A stretch of DNA of 64,000 bases from Takakia lepidozioides (lineage: Eukaryota > Plantae > Bryophyta), in NCBI GenBank assembly GCA_030704615.1, contig CM060731.1:72788001-72852000 (forward strand). Reading direction: 5' to 3'. A program made the translations under genes and the position numbers. The notes beneath the pieces are model-generated. The model was not told where the DNA came from, did not search any database, and worked only from the letters and a program-made list of their open reading frames with translations. This document shows, one piece after another, positions 53,065-64,000 of this stretch. Positions within the stretch are counted from its first letter, which is position 1; every line of letters begins with the position of its first letter.

Positions 53065-56000
53065 ATGAGGGGTGGCGTGGATTTTAAGTGGTACAAAATC
53101 CTCCCCCTTTCGATGCACTTATGCTCTCATGCCAAAGCAATCGTGTAGATTCTACTGGAAGTTGGTCATCTCCTAGCAAACTCTGCTAGGAGCTAGGAGG
53201 GCGCACGATTTGAGCCTGTTGGAATCTGCCGCATAGGTGTGCAGCGATCGGGTACCCTCCGTATCACCCCCGGTTTGCAGATGACGGCTGTGTGGCTTCC
53301 ACCCTGGTGTGCATCTCTTCCAAACTGAGAAATCCTGATTCCTTGTAATTATATCAAGGGATTTTTGTTTTGGTTTATTTTCTCATCCATCTTTTTCTTT
53401 CGAAAGGATCTCTAGTTTGGTCGCTCCATCTTACCGGCCTGGGTTCTCATCATGACTCAGCAATACCCTTTATTACTGAGCTCAACATCAAGGTATTTCA
53501 TGTAACTAACATCGTGTGGGCTCCTGTATTTGTGGTTTGAAATGCTATAAATGCTGAGAGATTGACTCACACGAATTTATCTTCTGGCAAAGTAATTTTA
53601 CATAAGGTGAGCATATGTCTGGTATTTATCTTAAATGGGACCTTATGGATTACATGATGAAGGTGGAAAGGTGAGATACTTGTAATAATGAGAAGTCGTC
53701 ATTTGGGATGGGATGCAGGTTTGATGGCTTCTTTCTATCAATGCTGGCAACCAGTGTGTATCCTACTTCCTGCAATTTCAGTTTGAAAGATAAGGATTTT
53801 CAAATAAGCAGAATTTGAGAGGGTTTAAATAGGAACTGTACTGTTGTTGAATTCAAATTATGCTACAACCTTAGTTTTGAGGGAAAAAGCAGAGGTCGTT
53901 GATAGTGCGGTGTGGATTAAGTTGAACTTCCAGAACTAACTAAGGTCAAGTGACCTGCAAAACAAGCTTGCAAGGTTGCAGCTTGACTTTAGTGCTAGTT
54001 GCCCTTGGTTCCATTGTAGGAAGAATAGAGAGTGTCACACTATGCCGTGAGTGCTAGCCGATATTTCACGTTTGCCATGGGGTGAAGTGGGGGAGTGCAT
54101 GCCGGCTTATACCTAAACATCCTTCTGTCCATGACGTATTTGACATTCAGAACAAATTCAAGGAAGTCATGTTCCAGTACCTGTTTATCTATTGTGCTAT
54201 TGACTTTGTGTTTCCCTGTCAAGTGGCACATCCTTAACTTTTAGATAAGCAGAATTGTGGTCTCGGTGAATTGGGACAGATACTATTTGTGTACCAACCC
54301 TCTTCACGTATGGATTGTGGTATGTGCTGCACCCTAGTCCCCTCCCTTATTCAATTCTTCTGATTGTTGGGAGACTTTGCAACCAGTCATGTGTTGCTTT
54401 TGTCTTGTGGCAGTGTGTTTGTTGGTGTGCAGTTAGGAGGGTAATTTGGAAGAGGGGGAGAGCATCAATGAAGGGAATTTTCCCTGCAATCAGTCTTCCA
54501 ACGCTGCTCCTTGGTTGGCTGCTCTATGGCCTGGAACTGGTTGTTGATGGCAGTCTACTCCACTGACCTTTCGTTATGTTGGAGAGCCACGAGTTGTTAA
54601 TGTGGCTAGATACCAAAACTCTCCGAAGTCCAAAAGAGAAAATAGCACCCATAATCATGCCTTTGCCGTTTCTTTTTGGACTACATATTAGGGTTATCAG
54701 ACTCATGAAGCAAATTGTGCGTTGGTGTACTAGATTGGAATGGTAGTTTTGTGTGCCAGTGCCGAACATAGAGATAGAGATAGAATGAAATCAGAAAGTT
54801 GATGATGTTTCTTGTTGAGCCATTTGCAGGTGGACTATGCTACAGTGTTTGTATTTCGGGTCCTCATGTTCGTGGACAATGGATTGGCTGCAGGCATGGG
54901 CCCGTAAGTACCCTCACGCCACCCATACATGAATTTGAGCCCTGGGCTAATCTAGTATGTTGTAAGTGAATTGATATGTTGCATCCTGCTATCTCAATTT
55001 GAGATTCCCCATCACCCTCTCCTCATTCTATTTTCCCCTGTCAAAATGAGGCAAAAGTTTCTGGTCAACACGTCAGATGACTTGGCATTAGCCCTGTTGC
55101 TTTGTAGCTCTCCATGGGACTACCCATTACTTTCTGTGGCTTCAGGAAGGTTGAACATAGACTCTCTTCCAGGGCATGTTGGGAAACGAGATGTACTTTG
55201 TGAAAGGATCAATGAATATGGGGTGGTGGTCTTGTGAGAATTGGACTTATTTTAGAGCTGCAATGACAATGTTGCCACCTAGAACAAAATTTTCTCATTC
55301 CATAAATTGATAACAGAGGTTGTGGATAAGGATTCTCAGGGAAGCCAACCAAGTGGACAGAGAAATGCGTTTCAAAGGCCGTATGGTGGTGCTGTCATGC
55401 CTTGCACTTCTACTGTACCCGTTCCTGTGGGCCTGGACGGTGGTTGGTAGCATTTGGTTCAGCGACACCAGAAGCTGTGTATGTGTACTCAAAACTGCAG
55501 TGTGTTGTAGACTAGCAGCACACATGTTTTCAACAATTAGTTCCATACAGGCTAACCAGGTTCATGGTAGGTGATGGTGGTCATGCAGATTGCATCTTGA
55601 TCCATGTGATTTGTGCAGGTTTGTCTCATGTTGATTGTAAGAACGCAAATAGGGAAGAGCACATAGGGAAAGAAAGAAAAGGCAAGGGGGAGCAGAGGGA
55701 GAACTTCATAAGCAGTGGTTGGCACAAGTCATGTCCAGTAGGGACAATTCATTTAAAAGGTTTTTATTAGTGTGCAGCTGCCGGAAGAAGGACAGAAGTG
55801 GGGTTTCCTGATATGGCTGGTCTTCAGCTACTCTGGCTTGATCTGCATCGCGTGTATTTCAGCTGGCAAGGTAATAATTATGTTGGTACATTTTTGCACC
55901 TCAAAATTGATGTTTTCATAATAGCGGGGAATGGAGGTAATTGGTTCAACTTGAACTCCATGAATTTCCCGGTCTGCTCAAGTACAAGGGTACAGATCTT

Positions 56001-57900
56001 CAGTACAGGGGGGGGTTCCACTCAGGAGGATCTATAGGTTAAACATGCTTGGAAAGGAATTGGGGTAGGCCAGTCATTACACATATTACCTGTCAAAGTA
56101 ACAGTAGGACCAGAAGCTAAATTTCCAATGCGAAAAACTGCAGTTGTCAAAGGGGTTGTGCCATTTCATCCCACCATCAATATGCTAACTTAAAAACTGA
56201 ACAATTGTGAATGGCAGTGGTTACTACGGCGCCAAGCACATCTGCTGTTGGTTTCAAACAGGTTGGCTCCAGTTTCTGAGTTCCAGGTGCCTCTTCTCTC
56301 TTTCAGATTTTCTCTGCTCTATGACAGCCTGATATTAGCACACATATCTAGCAAGTAATGTATTAATATGTATTAGTATCTGTCATAATGGGTAAGTGGA
56401 TGTGCCATCCTCCTAGTAGGATGCAAGCATAGTGTAGAGGAATAGTTAGTAAATATGGGGGTGGCACATCAAGGGACTTCTTCCAAGCACAAGAAGAGGT
56501 GCTGAGCCAACTCAACAATGAACAAATCACAAGTGTACTCTTCATAATTAGCGCAACTATCAAATCTGTTAACCCACAACCCTGAGATGCAATTGTGAGT
56601 CACATCAATTTATTCACTTGAAGTTACTTCAAAATGCAGGTGTTGGTGGAAATTATCCGTGTGCCTGGATGGACATTCCAGTTAGGGTCATCGAGTCAAG
56701 AAGCACCTACTCGTCCCAGTCAGGCCCTTACATCATATCCCACAGGCTTGTATGTGACCCCAGGGCAGGTAAGTCTCCTGTCACCACCACCCTTACATGT
56801 TCCTTCAGTAGTCATTGACAAATTCTAGCCTACTGGATGTCCTTACTATTTACCAGTATCTTGTTTGTTTAGTAAGGGTCCCCCTCAATCTCACGGTGCT
56901 TGGGTGGGGGGACAGAGAGAGAGGGTGGAGAGAGCCATACAACAGCTACCAACATTCCGTCTCAAGGTTGTGTCCAGTGAGAACAATGGCTGCCCTATCT
57001 GCCTTGATGAGTTCGAGGTGGGCACTGAGGTACATCCCTGTTTCCTTGTCCTCCTCCTTCTGTTCCTTTTTTAAGGGATGATTTTACTTTGTCCCACAGT
57101 GAACATTAAATGCATATGCAACTACCGTGTTGACTATTTGGAGGATACAAAGGTGGGGTGGAAATCTGGCACGTTGTCTTAGTGGAGAGGGAGACTCCGA
57201 GAGGAAGACAAAGTGAGGTAGATACAGATTGGAAAGAAATAACGGCGGGTGGGAAGCAGAGAGAGAGGTTGACCTTGGTGGAAGAGCAATGATATTCACG
57301 CTGTGCATTGGGGCATGTTTATAGGTGCGTGGCCTTCCTTGTGCACACAATTTTCATGTAGCATGCATTGATGAGTGGCTACGACTCAATACCAAGTGTC
57401 CTCACTGCCGCTGCCCAGTGTTTCCTGACCTGCATCTCACCGAAGGCGCGTTACCAGGACAAGCGACTTCTTATGGAAGGAACAGTGATGGGACAATTAT
57501 TGTAACTGTGCCAAGCACTCGATTCATAAGAGCCCAACCAGGGGTTGGTCAAAGTAATTTATTACAGTTACAGGAGCTACTGAGATCTTCGCAGGCTGAG
57601 CATTTGCGTCCGTCTCAAAGCTTACTGTCTGAAGGAGACGAGTTGTCAAGAGGATGTCAGGCTGAGGAGGCAGAACGGGCCACTGGTGGCCTTTTTGGGA
57701 TGAACTCTCGTATCTCTGAAGGTTTTGTGAGTGATGAGGGGGTTCAGGTTAGTGCATGTTCCAGGGATGGTCTTGCGTCAAGCGATGGAGCTGATGGCAA
57801 CGAAACTCAGGGAGTGGGTTCACATGGGCCCAGTCTTGGAGCTAGTCTGCCAGATACAACCACAGTTGAGATTGACAAGTCACCACAGGGTCAGTCTTAG
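53065..57900 (+). CDS. SIS3: RING-H2 E3 ubiquitin ligase, SUGAR-INSENSITIVE 3-like, multi-exon
   Basis: Exons MRGGVDFKW / FDGFFLSMLATS / ..PLHVWIV / VDYATVFVFRVLMFVDNGLAAG / GRMVVLSCLALLLYPFLWAWTVVG / LPEEGQKWGFLIWL / WLLRRQAHLL / VLVEIIRVP..GLYVTPGQ / CPICLDEF / RGLPCAHNFHVACIDEWLRLNTKCPHC, collinear with recalled SIS3. Confidence 0.9.
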
Positions 57901-58603
57901 AACTACGAGTAAATTTATGATCTTTTTTTCATCACCACCATAAAACACACTCAGAATCACCTGTCATTGTCAATGTCATATAAGAAAACTTGGCCTGCAA
58001 ATTGGCTTGCCAATACTAAGAGATGCTAGGGATCAGAAGTTTCTTTTTTGACTTTCTGCCTTGAGAATTAAGGTGGGTGGGAAGAATCAACAACTCCATT
58101 GAAAAAACTTGTAGTCAGCTGTCATTTCTGAGAGTTAAGCCTCCACAAGACGCGTCATCACATAAAAAGTGAGGGTGGAAATTCCTTTTCTAGCAAACAC
58201 AATGTGACAAACACGACTCCTTTAGGCCAGGCAGATCGGCGGGTTCTAGAATCTTGCTACAGAATTGACAAAAACTCAGGAAAGCCTCATTATCCTCGAA
58301 CGGCATATGGCAAAATCTGTTGCATCACTGTTCATGGATGAAAGTGTTCGCAATGGTAACTAGGATGATGGACAGCACCAGTTTTTGGTCCCAAACTGGG
58401 CGGGTGCACATGTTTGGGGTTAGGGCACGCATGGTCATAGTAACATCTCTCAAAATGAATCACATCATATATTGGCAGTGTAGTAGTAATAGAGCAAAGT
58501 TGATGAGTACTCGAGGGTCCTAGAAGTATGAAGTATGAACCAGCCCAGCAGAAGTGAGAGAACCCAACTTCCTCCTATGCGTGCTTTCTCAAGAAGATAA
58601 GAG

Positions 58604-59760
58604 AGCTGTCGTGCGCATACGTATCGCTACACAACTACATCGTTGTCCAAACTACACCACACATATATGGACAATAAAGTAGTCTGCCACAATGATTGTA
58701 AGAACTAAACTCACATGTCTGATAACAAAGAAACACAAAACACAACACAATCACTCGTTAAACTAAGAGTCGAGCCAGGGTACCCCAAGCTATAGGGCCT
58801 CCACCCCACAACATCTTATGCTCCCTTCATAAGCACACTCAGATTCTAAGCAGCGAAGGAGCTCGGTCGTGCAGGCTAGAGAGATGAGCCGCACGACTGA
58901 CGGTCTCATGAAGATAAGATGGTTCAGGTGTCAAGCTAAACTTGACACCTGACTTAACACTTGAACTAAATCCAAGTGTTAAATACAAATAACTAGATTT
59001 ATTCTAGTTAGTTTCACACAGTGTTTATTTAACTTGACAGCTATCGTGTGCATATGTATAGCTACACAACTACATCACTGTCCAAACTACACCACACATA
59101 TATGGACAATAAAGTAGTCTGCCACAATCGCCCCCCTAGCTGGTGGATAGGTCCCTCTAACTCCAGGTAGCTACAAGATGTAATAGCCACAGTCGTACTA
59201 AGTCCTTTATCACTGTCCCTATTGTACTCAAACTCTATAGACCAAGAGGCCAGGTACAAGAGTAGCCCCATCGTTAGTCGCCGTCTTGCAATCTGTGAAC
59301 TTGAGCCAGGATCTCGTGTGTTCAAGGTCTCCTAGTAGCTTGGCCTTGCATTTCTTGTTAGCCTTCCATGGTTGTATCCACTCCCACTATCCAATGCAAT
59401 GCGGACATAACCAATCCCCATCAGGAATCATCTCAAGAGGTGGAGTCAAACATCCCATATGCCGACCTCTAGAGCATCGATCACACACCAGCATGGTGGC
59501 TGCCCCTCTAGCAGACCCACACAACATGCACCTCCAACTTGCAGGTACCACTGCCAGGTTTGGGTCAATCCTGCCATCGACATTCGGAAGGTGACATGAC
59601 GCACAATTACGCACATGGTCCTTCCAAGTTATGCCATCCCGACCCTCTAAGATCAAGACGCCTGAGGGCAAAACCTCTCGAACCCTCAAAATAACACGTC
59701 CTGCAGTTACATCCAAGGTCGTAGGAGCAGTCTGCTGCAGATAGTCATAGTCACGAAAGA
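58604..59760 (-). mobile_element. 3' end of a Ty3/gypsy element: integrase C-terminus + PHD finger, PPT, 3' LTR (58697-59126) and an adjacent partial second LTR copy (58604-58691)
   Basis: The ORF ends at 59387. Purine-rich GCTAGGGGGGCGAT (reverse complement of 59127-59140) abuts TGTGGCAG, and the LTR ends ..TTACA at 58697. Segment 59039-59126 is repeated at 58604-58691. Confidence 0.75.
59387..59760 (-). CDS. Retrotransposon pol C-terminal fragment ending in a PHD finger (C4HC3)
   Basis: DYxYL..ILRVREVLPSGVLILEG..HVRNC (integrase C-terminal SH3-like region) followed by CMLC..MLVCDRC..HMGCLTPPL..IPDGDWLCPHC. Confidence 0.85.
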
Positions 59761-60039
59761 AGTGACCAGCACCTATGACATATCTGAGGCTGAAGCGCTG
59801 GGTAAGCTTGTCATGTACACTTCGGATCAAGGCCATTCATGTGTGCAAAAGGCCTGCCAGGTAGACATCTCGCACAAGAATCAACAGATCCTCCCCAGGC
59901 TCTTACTACTCCTCCCTGCTTTCTCTCTTGTATATAATTCTTCTTTCTGGTTGGACCTTACATGCCCGTTGTCTAACTTTCTTTGTGATCGTATACAGAT
60001 AGCTGGCATCAACATGAACAATTTTCGACCCAGCACCTC

Positions 60040-60316
60040 TGTTCACCAACTTAACAAAATCTTGAGGCTGAGCCTAAATCCCTGACCCTGTTGGCGTCTA
60101 CCTTTTGGGCAGCTCACTCACAACAGATTGATGCTTGTGTGAAGGGCTTTCTAGAGGATATCTGGAAAGCCCAAACTATTTGTTTATGCTGAGGTGAGTT
60201 GCACACTACCGGAGTGAGCCCCTCACAAGGTAGTTTCTGGTCCCTTTTTTTCCATCCAAACTGGGCGTGGGGTCTACAGCCACAAGGTTATGGCAAACAA
60301 CGTCTTATGAGTACAT
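60040..60316 (+). mobile_element. 3'-terminal fragment of the same LINE family as 35700-38806
   Basis: Shares cagattgatgcttgtgtgaaggg..ttctagaggatatctggaaa and ends in acgtcttatgagtaca, like 38536-38806. Confidence 0.85.
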
Positions 60317-60424
60317 TCTATTGCAAGTTGATGAAATCAGCTTACCAGCATGCCTTTGGTCATTTATAGCTTTTCCCTCAATCCTTACAGACTTCAATAC
60401 CGATTGTTGGGATGGTATTGGCAG

Positions 60425-62754
60425 GACTATGGGATGTGGTTCCATGTCGATGCAGCATTCGCAGGAACTGCATGCATCTGCCCAGAGTTTCGGCACCATC
60501 TGAATGGTGTAGAGAAGGCCGACTCATACAACATGAACCCACACACGTTGCTGCTCACCAACTTTGATTGCTCCACACTGTGGGTCAAGGTGTGCCTCAA
60601 TAACCTTGCCTGAACACATTACCTGTACTCCTTGCTCCTCTTTTTGGCCCTTCCCATGCATGTGTATGCCATCACCTCAAAATGTAACTCCAGTGATCAA
60701 TACTTTGCTGCACTGTTATCACGCAGTCCCCTCAATCCTCTGCTTATCCACAGCATCTGCCTGCCTTCTGCCTGTCAATATGGAGGAATCCAGTGACAAC
60801 ATTTCGAGGACCGATAGTCAGCAGCTTTTGCTTAGGTTACACTTTTTCTTATCCATCCAGAAAAAGTTCTGATGTCCATCCATTGCAGGATTCAAGTCTG
60901 CTCGTAGCAGCTCTCTCTACCAACCCAGAGTATGCGGAATAAGGTATGCATGGTGGGATGTCTTTCTCCTCTATTCCCGCTGCGTCACCTCCTTGAACGT
61001 TAACATTATTTGTGGATGTCCTTTTGCCTCCTGAGTGCTAGCCGACATCATGGCTGAGTTTTCTGGACACATTCAGAAAGTGGAATAATCTCAAATATGA
61101 TTTCTATAATGGGATATGCCCATGAATTTGAGCATAGTAATATATGTGCTACACCCGCTGTCAGGAGCTGATGAGTCGATGGGGTGTGATAGCAGCTTGT
61201 CACTGAATGTTAAGACTGCACTCTCTATGTTGCGCTAGTTTAAGTTTGAACGTGGATCAGAAATACTCTGCTATATGGCATTTTGATGCAGGCATCAGAG
61301 GAAAACCTGGTTGTGGATTACAAAGACTGGCAAATTCCACTAGGACACCGTTTCAGGTTCACATCCTATTGGCCTCTCTCTCCAACTTCTTTTTTCTCAC
61401 GCTTAAGTTGCTTTCCTGATTTGATCCTTACCCCATACTCCTTGCTAACACAAAAATGCATAGGTTCCACTCATTGCTTATGGATGTTCTAAAATCCAGA
61501 AAGCCCATTTGAACATGTAATGCTGCGACCAGTGGCCAAAATATAATTCCCAGGAAAGATTCTGACCCCGTCTCAACAATTGGCTAAGACTTTTGATACA
61601 GGTCCCTAAAGCTGTGGATGGTATTGCGTCTTCATGGCGTATCAGGCTTGCAGTCTTACATCAGAGATCACATAAATAACGCTGAGTACTTTGAAGGCCT
61701 TGTGCGGGCAGACTCCAGATATGAGGTTCTTTCTTGCCTGCCCATTCTGTCACTGACACTGACATGTTAAAAACCATAAATGCACTACATGATTGTAGGA
61801 TTGGGTGGATCTATGGAGTAAATGCCAATGGGTTCATGACTGGGTACTTTGTTTTCAGATTTTGTTTGCATCTTGCCCCCAATCCCATGGAGCTTGCCAC
61901 AAGAGCAACGGACTGGAAGCTTCTTTGGACATAAATTGCTAGACCGGCCCAAGTATTCTTGACTGAAAGAGGAATTGTTATTGAGTGATGTCAGCACTTG
62001 AAATAGGAGGTGATCATTTCCTCATGTCCCACTGATCAAGCATAATTTATTCATCTGGGTGGATGTGATTACAAAATGGAAATAATACATCTTCCTGGGG
62101 CCTGGGAGGATAGATCGTGGTACCTCGAACATTTTCGTTAGTGTGCTTCCGTCTCAAACCTCCTGCAAGTGATCCAGACAAGTCTACACTCTCAATTCGA
62201 CTTTGGTAGAAGCTTTGAACAGAAAAGGCAGCATCTTCGTTACCCACACGGTAGACTCCTCACCTTTGCAATATTGGAAGTTCAAAGGGTACTAGCAAGA
62301 TTTGTTCTGTAATAGTTGGAGCTCTCAAGGAGGATTTTCTGGTGAATGTGACTTGACTCAGATTTGCAACCTAACCTCAGACCTTCTGGGAGTGGGTGGA
62401 GGGAGGGAGACAGAAAGAATGGGATAGATATTTACAAGTCTTTGGGCCCCCCAATGTGCCAAGGGACACGAGATTTGGAGAGAGATTCAGCTACTTAAAA
62501 CTCCTGGGCAGTGAGGGGGACTGGGATTTTTCTTCCCTGTCGAAAGGGAACAGTATCTGCAACTGCGCTTATATGTGTGGTCATAGGCAATAGGCCTTGT
62601 GAAGGGACTGAGGAGTGGTGGTAATATGCAGGTGTTAGGGGGTGTGTACACTCTGCGCTTTGCTGTTGGGTCTTCTCGCACACAGCGGCGACATGTGAAA
62701 GCCGCTTGGGCAGCCATACAAGTAGAGGCAGCTCATCTTTTGGCTGCCAACTAA
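60425..62754 (+). pseudogene. Aromatic L-amino acid (tyrosine/phenylalanine) decarboxylase, 5'-truncated pseudogene
   Basis: Exons [83 protein letters not shown]. The PLP-binding Lys (NPHKW) is replaced by T; frameshifts at ~60933 and ~62185; the N-terminal half is absent. Confidence 0.85.
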
Positions 62755-63032
62755 CACAAGATCGAAACGATTGCAACCTGGCAATCAAAGAAAGTAATTT
62801 TTGATTCATGTTTCGGAGATGATGTTGGATCTGGCGTTAAAGAAAGGGGACAGGTTTCAAACCATTTTTAAATTGTTCGTGCATGGAAAATTTTGAGCCC
62901 ACAAACTTATTCGGCCTTGAGAGCAAACGTGCATGCTACATTGATTTGCAATAAAGTAATAATATGAACGTGACGTCTCCAAATGGAAGCGGAAATTATG
63001 GTGTCTCTTGACCCTGAAGGGCTACAGAGTGG

Positions 63033-63250
63033 ACACCTTTGTGACACCAATTGGTGGGTTGAACCCACAACCACTTACTAGGTATATGGGCCCATTACCA
63101 CTGGGCTACAACTTGTTTGTTGCAATGAAGTATGATATCCAGTTTGACACCTTTGTGACACCAATTGGTGGATTGAACCCACAACCACTTCCTACGTATA
63201 TGGGCCCATTACCACTGGGCTACAACTTGGTTGGTGCAATAAAGTATGAT
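63033..63250 (-). repeat. Two tandem copies (~114 bp period) of a tRNA-derived SINE-like unit
   Basis: gacacctttgtgacaccaattggtgg.ttgaacccacaaccactt..tatatgggcccattaccactgggctacaacttg occurs twice; the reverse complement has A box tagcccagtgg and B box gggttcaa. Confidence 0.7.
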
Positions 63251-63569
63251 AATCCAGTTTGCAGTCAGTGGCAACTAAGATTCTTTTTTAGGGCACAAGG
63301 CTTCGCGTTGCTCTGCACTACTAGCGGCGTCTTCCGAGAACAATGTCCAGATATATGGGGTAAATTCAAGTTATATGGAAAGATGAACATTAATATTCAT
63401 TTGACCGGTGTAATGATTGTGGCTCACTTTGATACATCTTGAAAAAAAAGAATGATTCTCTTGATAAATAATTGTCTTGATATTGATATTTGTTTTCAAT
63501 GTTTTACACAGTTTGTTCAATGATTTATCAAACTATGCTTGTAATACAATCGCTATTTTCTACTTGTAA

Positions 63570-63815
63570 AGGCCCAAGTGTCCACTTAAGTCCAAGTGCA
63601 ATCCCCTATGTATTCAGAGACCCTACAGTTTGGGAGATCTAGGGTAGCCTATGCCATTGGCATCGTGTGTGAAGAATTGAAATCTAAGCCCTAATGCAAT
63701 CTCCTATGTATCCAAGTCCTTCTCCCATGTAAAGGCCCAAGTGCGACCTCGTCCAATGTAATCTAAGTTCAAGTGCAATCCCCTATGCATCCAGAGACCA
63801 TGCAGTTTGGAAGAT
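63570..63815. repeat. Second locus of the ggcccaagtg../aagtgcaatcccctatg repeat family (cf. 8831-9200)
   Basis: Shared strings aagtccaagtgcaatcccctatgtat, ctagggtagcct and aagaattgaaatctaag. Confidence 0.8.
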
Positions 63816-64000
63816 CTCCACATCTTTGTTCCAACAAAACCCACTTAGCTATTTTTTTGTTGTGGAGGCAGGGGTGTCTCAGGATGCAGTAATGGATTGT
63901 GGGACAGGATATCAAGCACACAAGTACCAATGAGGCATTCTGGGTTGATAGCTACAAGAAACCTGCATGGGTCGATGGTCAACCAGCAGCAACACAGTTG

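Noticed and set aside
63033-63250. Functional tRNA genes (also 8310, 25036, 47470)
   Set aside because: A and B boxes are present but acceptor and anticodon stems do not pair; treated as SINE-like relics.

Overview
Eukaryotic nuclear DNA, most likely a non-seed land plant. This is inferred from spliceosomal introns, a PLS-type PPR fragment and plant-specific ATP synthase FAd and SIS3 homologues. The first ~30 kb is mostly decayed transposons plus a disrupted short-chain dehydrogenase gene. It holds a non-chromoviral Ty3/gypsy element (+; LTR, extra 5' ORF, gag, PR, RT, RNase H, start of integrase) fused tail-to-tail to a second Ty3/gypsy element (-). That second element encodes a DNMT3-like C5 cytosine DNA methyltransferase between gag and RT. 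The right half holds host genes: mitochondrial ATP synthase 24 kDa subunit, two head-to-head mitochondrial-carrier paralogues, an intronless F-box gene, a SIS3-like RING-H2 E3 ligase and a truncated aromatic amino acid decarboxylase pseudogene. It also holds an RTE/RTEX-like LINE with two more fragments, and the 3' end of a gypsy element whose pol ends in a PHD finger. The main candidate for a novel system is an LTR retrotransposon lineage carrying its own chromatin 'writer' (C5-MTase) and possibly 'reader' (PHD). All family assignments are from motif recognition by eye; exon and element boundaries are approximate.
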